64,000 nt of DNA from positions 8,191-72,190 of the forward strand of contig JAWODJ010000082.1 in the NCBI GenBank assembly GCA_046483315.1. The letters are read 5' to 3'. Numbering within the stretch: the stretch's first letter is position 1; every line of letters begins with the position of its first letter. This DNA comes from Bacteroidales bacterium (GTDB lineage Bacteria; Bacteroidota; Bacteroidia; Bacteroidales; PUMT01). Position numbers and translations under genes: made by a program. Shown here piece by piece: positions 58,670-64,000 of the stretch. The notes beneath the pieces were generated by a model. The model was not told the DNA's origin. It worked only from the letters and a program-made list of their open reading frames with translations, and searched no databases.

Positions 58670-59641
58670 ATGGCAAGGGTAGGTATAATTGCATTTTTGT
58701 TTTTGTTGACTCTCAATTCAGAGGCTCAGCAAATGCCCATGTACAGCCAGTATATGATGAACCGCTTTTTGCTGAATCCCGCCGTTGCCGGTTATGACGG
58801 ATTGACAACATTGAATTTTACTGCACGCGAACAATGGTTGGGATTGCCTTACTCTCCAAGAACCGTGGCATTAAGTGCCGACGCCAGAATGATAAAAGCG
58901 CCTCCTGCCAGGCCCGGCCTTCCTGACAAAAGGAGTATAATGAATCTTTTTCGCAGTGGCAATGTGGGTCTGGGTGCGTATATTTATAATGACAGAAGTG
59001 GATTGATTGACCGCACCGGGTTACAGGTAAGTTATGCTTATCATATCTGGATGCAGGAACACCAGTTGTCATTCGGTGTTTCCCTGACCGGTTTTCAGAT
59101 GAAGCTGGATCAGCGAAGAATTGAACTCGAAGAAGATTATGATCCGCTGATGGGACTATACAGCAAGGCTTTATATGTACCCGATGTAAACTCAGGAATT
59201 CATCTTTGGGGACCGTCATATTACGTTGGCATCTCATCCACACAAATGTTACAATCGGTTTTGAAGTTCGGACATGACGGTCTTCAGGATTTCAGGATGG
59301 AACGGGTTTTTTATCTTATGGGTGGGTATTCTTTTGAACTTGAAAACGGTGTTACCGTAGAGCCTGTTATGCTCGCGCAGACAAGTCTGGGATCTTCTTT
59401 CCGGTTTGACATCGGGTCCAAGTTCTATTACGGGGACCAGTACTGGGGTGGTCTGTCATACCGCTCTGTCGGGGCTGTGGTTTTTATGTTAGGATTCAGG
59501 TTCGAGAGGTTCCATTTTGGTTATGCCTATGATTATTCGCTGAACAGTATGAGCCACCAGAACTTCGGTTCACACGAGCTTATGATAAATCTTCGTTTCG
59601 GAGACACCCAGAGACGGTACCGCTGGCTGGAGCGCTATTGA
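58670..59641 (+). CDS. PorP/SprF-family T9SS outer-membrane protein (copy 2)
   Basis: QQMPMYSQYMMN..LNPAVAG, REQWLG, GYAYDY, GSHEL. Start moved to MARVG (58670). Confidence 0.92.
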   Translation: MARVGIIAFLFLLTLNSEAQQMPMYSQYMMNRFLLNPAVAGYDGLTTLNFTAREQWLGLPYSPRTVALSADARMIKAPPARPGLPDKRSIMNLFRSGNVGLGAYIYNDRSGLIDRTGLQVSYAYHIWMQEHQLSFGVSLTGFQMKLDQRRIELEEDYDPLMGLYSKALYVPDVNSGIHLWGPSYYVGISSTQMLQSVLKFGHDGLQDFRMERVFYLMGGYSFELENGVTVEPVMLAQTSLGSSFRFDIGSKFYYGDQYWGGLSYRSVGAVVFMLGFRFERFHFGYAYDYSLNSMSHQNFGSHELMINLRFGDTQRRYRWLERY

Positions 59642-59689
59642 AACAGATTGAGGTAAGATGCGCCGGGGGGACTGGTAAAGAGTGAATGA

Positions 59690-60778
59690 TCATTTATATT
59701 CCATAATATCGATCTCCCCCTTCAAAGCCATAAGCCCGTTCATGCCAAGGGCTTCAATTTCGTCCGACCCGGGAAAAACATGAACCGGTGCTATATCCCT
59801 GACCCTTCTGAGAATCATGTCGATAAAATATTTACTGTTGGCTATTTCACCTGAAATGAGTATGGCATCTACCTTACTCTCCAGAACGGCATACATGCTT
59901 CCCATATTCTTGGCTACCTGGTAAGCCATTGCACTTAAAACCATTTTTGCCTGCTGGTTGCCACTCATGGCCATCTGTTCAATTTCTATGGTGCTCATGG
60001 TTCCGAACCAGGCAAATAATCCTCCTTTTCCGGTAAGCATCTGAAGAACTTCCTCTTTGGTATATTTACCGCTGAAACAGAGCCTGACAAGATCTCCCGC
60101 AGGGAGGGTGCCGCTTCTCAAAGGGGCAAACGGACCTTCACCGTCATGTCCCTGGTTTACGTCAATCACCCTGCCATTAAGATGGGCTCCGACTGTTATT
60201 CCGCTGCCAAGATGAGCAACTATAAGCCTGAGTTTCTCGTATGGTTTAATCTGGGATTTTGCAAATTTTCTCGCTACCCATTTTTGCATAAGGGCATGAA
60301 AAACAGATTTTCTCTCAAACAAAGGATGCCCGGATATACGGGCAATATCATCAAGTTCATCCACAACAACAGGATCTGCAATGATCGCCCGGGCACCGGG
60401 CATTTGCTTTTTAACCTCATCAGCAAGCATGCCTCCCAGATTTACCACATCTTCGCTGTAAAGTGAATTGTAAAGGTCGTTAAGCATTGCATCATTAACT
60501 TCATACACTCCCGAACCAACTGGCTTTATTAGTCCCCCACGTCCAATAACGGCTGCAAAATGATCAAGCGGCATATCGTTCTGGATTAACTCATCAATAA
60601 TACATTTTGCCCTGAAGGGTACCTGGTCGCTTAACTTTTCATATTCCGCCAGCTTTTCAGCCGGATGAATTATCCTTTTCAGGTAAAGCAGTTTTGTGTT
60701 TTCATAAATTCCTATTTTGGTAAACTCGTGACGGGGATTGATCACCAGGACAAGAAGGGATGTTTGCATGAGTGTCAT
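59690..60778 (-). CDS. Butyrate/branched-chain fatty acid kinase homolog with divergent motifs
   Basis: GRGGL, DPVVVDE, ARISG, FHAL, GEGPF, AMAYQVAK match the Buk fold; several catalytic motifs are altered (see findings). Confidence 0.8.
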   Translation of the reverse strand: MTLMQTSLLVLVINPRHEFTKIGIYENTKLLYLKRIIHPAEKLAEYEKLSDQVPFRAKCIIDELIQNDMPLDHFAAVIGRGGLIKPVGSGVYEVNDAMLNDLYNSLYSEDVVNLGGMLADEVKKQMPGARAIIADPVVVDELDDIARISGHPLFERKSVFHALMQKWVARKFAKSQIKPYEKLRLIVAHLGSGITVGAHLNGRVIDVNQGHDGEGPFAPLRSGTLPAGDLVRLCFSGKYTKEEVLQMLTGKGGLFAWFGTMSTIEIEQMAMSGNQQAKMVLSAMAYQVAKNMGSMYAVLESKVDAILISGEIANSKYFIDMILRRVRDIAPVHVFPGSDEIEALGMNGLMALKGEIDIMEYK

Positions 60779-60899
60779 TTTTGATTCAGCTTAGAATAAT
60801 CCGGCAGGTTTTACCGGACAGGATAATGTCCTGCAAACTTCGTGATTTTTTAATAAACAAGTGAATAAGCTGAAAGGTTTTTTAAATATAATATTTATG

Positions 60900-62051
60900 C
60901 TATTTGTCTCTGAGCAGGTATCTTGATATAACAAGCCGCTGTATTTCAGAGGTGCCTTCGCCTATCTGCAGCAAACGCTGGTCACGATAAAATCTTTCCA
61001 CATCATAAGTTTTCATCAGACCGTATCCACCATGTATCTGAACAGCCTCATCGGCAATTTCCCCGGCTATCTCAGAACAATATAGTTTTGCCATGGCTGA
61101 CTCCATGCCAAAGGGCCTGTTGTTGTCCTTCAGCCAGCAGGCTTTATAAAGGAGGTTTCTTGCCAGTTCTATTTTCACAGCCATATCGGCAAGTTTAAAA
61201 GCTATTGCCTGGAACCCGGCTATGGCTTTTCCGAACTGTTTTCTTTCCTTTGAATACTGAAGTGCCATTTCGTAGGCACCCTGAGCGCAGCCCAGTCCCA
61301 TAGCTGCAATTGACAGGCGTCCGTTATCAAGAGTGCCGAGCATAATCCTTGAACCTTGTCCCCGTCCGCCCAGAAGATTTTCTTCCGGAACACGGCAGTT
61401 ATCAAAAAACATCTCCGAGGTGTCTGAGGCTCGCCACATCATCTTTCCCTTCAGCGGTCTGGGATTATAACCTTCAGTACCTTTTTCGACAAGTATGGTG
61501 CTGAACTCTTTTTTGCCTTCATGCTCTCCTGTGACTGCCTGTACCGTAACGCCTGCTGATAACTCAGATGCCCCGTTGGTAATAAAGATCTTTGATCCGT
61601 TGATGACCCATTCTTTGTCAATAATTTCTGCTTTTGTTTTGCTGCCACGTGAATCGGAACCTGCTTCAGGTTCGGTCAGTCCGAATGCCCATACCGCGCC
61701 ACCGGTGCATAGTGCGGGCAAGTACTTTTTTTTCTGCTCTTCATTTCCGTAATAATAGATGGGGCCAATTCCAAGGGAGTTGTGTGCTGCAAGGGTTGCT
61801 GCATTGGACCCGTCAACACGCGCCAGCTCTTCAACGCTTATGATATAGGATAATGTATCCATGCCTGCACCTCCGTACTTTTCGGGTATGTTCATGCCAA
61901 AAAGGCCAAGTTCACCCATTTTCCGTGTAATATCCAATGAAAACATTTCGTTTTCATCAAGTTCACGGGCGAGGGGCCGGATATCTTTTTCTGCAAAATT
62001 TCTTACAGTCTCCCTTATAAGTTTATGATCTTCATCCAGGTCAAAGTTCAT
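60900..62051 (-). CDS. Acyl-CoA dehydrogenase (short/branched-chain type)
   Basis: FGLTEPEAGSD, NGSKIFITN, RKQFGK, QIHGGYG, IGEGTSEIQR. Confidence 0.95.
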   Translation of the reverse strand: MNFDLDEDHKLIRETVRNFAEKDIRPLARELDENEMFSLDITRKMGELGLFGMNIPEKYGGAGMDTLSYIISVEELARVDGSNAATLAAHNSLGIGPIYYYGNEEQKKKYLPALCTGGAVWAFGLTEPEAGSDSRGSKTKAEIIDKEWVINGSKIFITNGASELSAGVTVQAVTGEHEGKKEFSTILVEKGTEGYNPRPLKGKMMWRASDTSEMFFDNCRVPEENLLGGRGQGSRIMLGTLDNGRLSIAAMGLGCAQGAYEMALQYSKERKQFGKAIAGFQAIAFKLADMAVKIELARNLLYKACWLKDNNRPFGMESAMAKLYCSEIAGEIADEAVQIHGGYGLMKTYDVERFYRDQRLLQIGEGTSEIQRLVISRYLLRDK

Positions 62052-62071
62052 GGTATTTTGTTTTAATTAGG

Positions 62072-64000
62072 TTATGCGCTTTTATCCTCTTTTATTTGTA
62101 TCAGCGGTAAAGACCCGTCTATCAGTTCTCCTTCCTTCACTTTTACATTTTCAATAATACCGCTCACAGGTGCCTTAAGGCTGTTTTCCATTTTCATTGA
62201 TTCGACTATTATAAGTACATCTCCTTTTTTAACATTCTCTCCCTCAGCTTTGCTGATTTTTATAACCCTGCCCGGCATAGGTGAATATACCGTACCGGAT
62301 CCGGCGGTGAGATCCGGTTCTCCCGGGATAAACCAGTCTTTCTTTTTCAGAAAGTCAAAGCGCCTGAAAAAATATTCATGTCCGCCGAATGTGATCATGA
62401 AATGCCCGTCACTGTTTTCAGATATAAAAACCTGACGGAGGTCTCCCCTGAACTCAATTTTCAGAATTTTATTTTCAATTCTGTATTTTCCGCTTAATTC
62501 CTCACTGTTTAGTGTCAGGTTATAATTACCATCAGACAGTATATTTATTACTGCCTCAACGGTTTCTCCCTCAAAGCAGAATTTCATGGTTTTCCCTGCC
62601 CTCCAGTATCCCAGCCTGTTCCACAAAGCGTTGTTACCGGTTTTCCTTTTTGTGCTTGCAATAAAAGCAGCGATGGCAGGTATCTTCCATGTGTTTTCTG
62701 TCTTTGACTTTTCCTGATCTTTTAAAATTTTTTGGCGGTTCTCTTCACAATATGTGGTAGAAATTTCGGACCTGATAAAATCTTTATTCTGTAACAGACT
62801 TAACAGGAATGCTGTATTGGTTTTTATTCCATGGATACCATAATTACCCAGTGCACTGATCATCTTTTTTCTGGCATCTTCTCTGTCTTTCCCGGTGGTG
62901 ATCAGCTTACTTATCATGGGGTCGTAATTTCCGCTTACTTCCGATTCACGATCATATGCAGAATCGATACGTATACCTTCTCCACGGGGTTCATGGTAAC
63001 AAGTCATTTTCCCCGGACAGGGAATGAAATCTGCAGCCGGGTCTTCGGAATATATGCGACATTCGATGGCATGACCATTAATTTTTACCTGGTCCTGCGA
63101 ATAACGGAGCTTTTGTCCCGACGCAATATAGATTTGTTCCTCTACAATGTCAATTCCTGTAACAGCTTCAGTGACGGGATGTTCAACCTGAATGCGGGTG
63201 TTCATTTCCAGAAAATAGAAATTTCCGGCTTTGTCGGCCAGAAACTCTATTGTTCCTGCATTGCGGTAATCAATTTCCCGGGTAAGCTTAACGGCTGCAC
63301 TGCCCATTTTTTCGCGCATGATCCTGCTTGTAAAAGGGGATGGCGATTCTTCTATGATCTTCTGATACCTGCGTTGAATGGAACACTCTCTTTCAAACAG
63401 ATGAATAATATTGCCATGGTTATCACCCAGAATCTGTATCTCAATATGACGGGGCGATTCGATATACTGTTCCAGGTAAACAGATCCGTTGCCAAAATAT
63501 GTTTCTGCTTCACGTGCGGTGGCTTCAATTGCTTCACCAAGGTTTTCAGGTGTATATACAATGCGCATTCCTTTTCCGCCTCCGCCGGCTGCTGCCTTTA
63601 CCAGAACGGGAAAGATCATCTTTTTGCCTTTTGAAAGCAACTCTTCGACTTTGCCTGTATAGCCTTCTATTACGGGCAAACCTGCAATACGTGCTGTCTC
63701 TTTTGCCCTGGTCTTATTTCCCATAATGGCAATTGAGTCGCTTAGCGGACCGATGAATGTTATTCCGGCGTTTTCACAGGCCCCGGCAAATTTTTCGTTC
63801 TCACTGAGAAAACCATAACCGGGATGGATTGCAGAAGCGCCGGCTTTTTTTGCTATTGAGATAATTTTCCCCGCATCAAGATATGTCCCGGTGAGCGAGG
63901 TGCCTTTCAAACCCCATGCCTCATCTGCCATTCTGACGTGCAGGGCATTGCTTTCATCTTCCGAATATACGGCAACAGTTGATATACCCAGCTTTTTCGC
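62072..64000 (-). CDS. Acyl-CoA (methylcrotonyl/propionyl-CoA) carboxylase alpha subunit (biotin carboxylase plus BCCP); 5' end beyond the window
   Basis: HPGYGFLSEN, GGGGKGMR, RECSIQRR, EMNTRIQVEHPVTE, biotinyl SMKME. The frame stays open upstream of 63931 (AKKLGISTVAVYS). Confidence 0.93.
   Translation of the reverse strand, partial: AKKLGISTVAVYSEDESNALHVRMADEAWGLKGTSLTGTYLDAGKIISIAKKAGASAIHPGYGFLSENEKFAGACENAGITFIGPLSDSIAIMGNKTRAKETARIAGLPVIEGYTGKVEELLSKGKKMIFPVLVKAAAGGGGKGMRIVYTPENLGEAIEATAREAETYFGNGSVYLEQYIESPRHIEIQILGDNHGNIIHLFERECSIQRRYQKIIEESPSPFTSRIMREKMGSAAVKLTREIDYRNAGTIEFLADKAGNFYFLEMNTRIQVEHPVTEAVTGIDIVEEQIYIASGQKLRYSQDQVKINGHAIECRIYSEDPAADFIPCPGKMTCYHEPRGEGIRIDSAYDRESEVSGNYDPMISKLITTGKDREDARKKMISALGNYGIHGIKTNTAFLLSLLQNKDFIRSEISTTYCEENRQKILKDQEKSKTENTWKIPAIAAFIASTKRKTGNNALWNRLGYWRAGKTMKFCFEGETVEAVINILSDGNYNLTLNSEELSGKYRIENKILKIEFRGDLRQVFISENSDGHFMITFGGHEYFFRRFDFLKKKDWFIPGEPDLTAGSGTVYSPMPGRVIKISKAEGENVKKGDVLIIVESMKMENSLKAPVSGIIENVKVKEGELIDGSLPLIQIKEDKSA

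Noticed and set aside
62831-63634. 267-aa plus-strand ORF
   Set aside because: Antisense to the biotin carboxylase; no independent support.
1-64000. Apparent abundance of CCGG tetramers
   Set aside because: Seems window-wide, so more likely a genome signature than a local element; I could not count it to test enrichment.

Overview
A 64-kb chromosomal segment of a Bacteroidota (Bacteroidales-like) bacterium. This assignment rests on repeated TAnnTTTG -7 promoter boxes, a hybrid two-component system, a T9SS type-B CTD cargo gene with PorP/SprF partners, and many lipoproteins. Most of the window is housekeeping or catabolic: sucAB, pfkA, metH, a DEAD-box helicase, an ABC/LolA-like export cluster, GH3, a LacI-controlled ribose/nucleoside/ADP-ribose salvage cluster, and an acyl-CoA carboxylase/dehydrogenase/kinase cluster. 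The most striking locus is 28.4-34.6 kb. A secreted caspase-family protease lies directly upstream of a 1190-aa surface lipoprotein with 309-bp tandem stalk repeats and two FISUMP/C-type-lectin-like domains. The last ~57 codons of that gene look like a diversity-generating-retroelement (DGR) variable region. They are followed by a GCGAAGC-core hairpin and a 33-codon relic resembling a MutS-I-like DGR accessory gene. I found no reverse transcriptase or template repeat in the window, so this would be a remote or orphaned DGR target; that reading is inference and needs a genome-wide search. No rRNA, tRNA, CRISPR array or transposase was recognised. All family assignments come from motif recognition by eye, not database searches.
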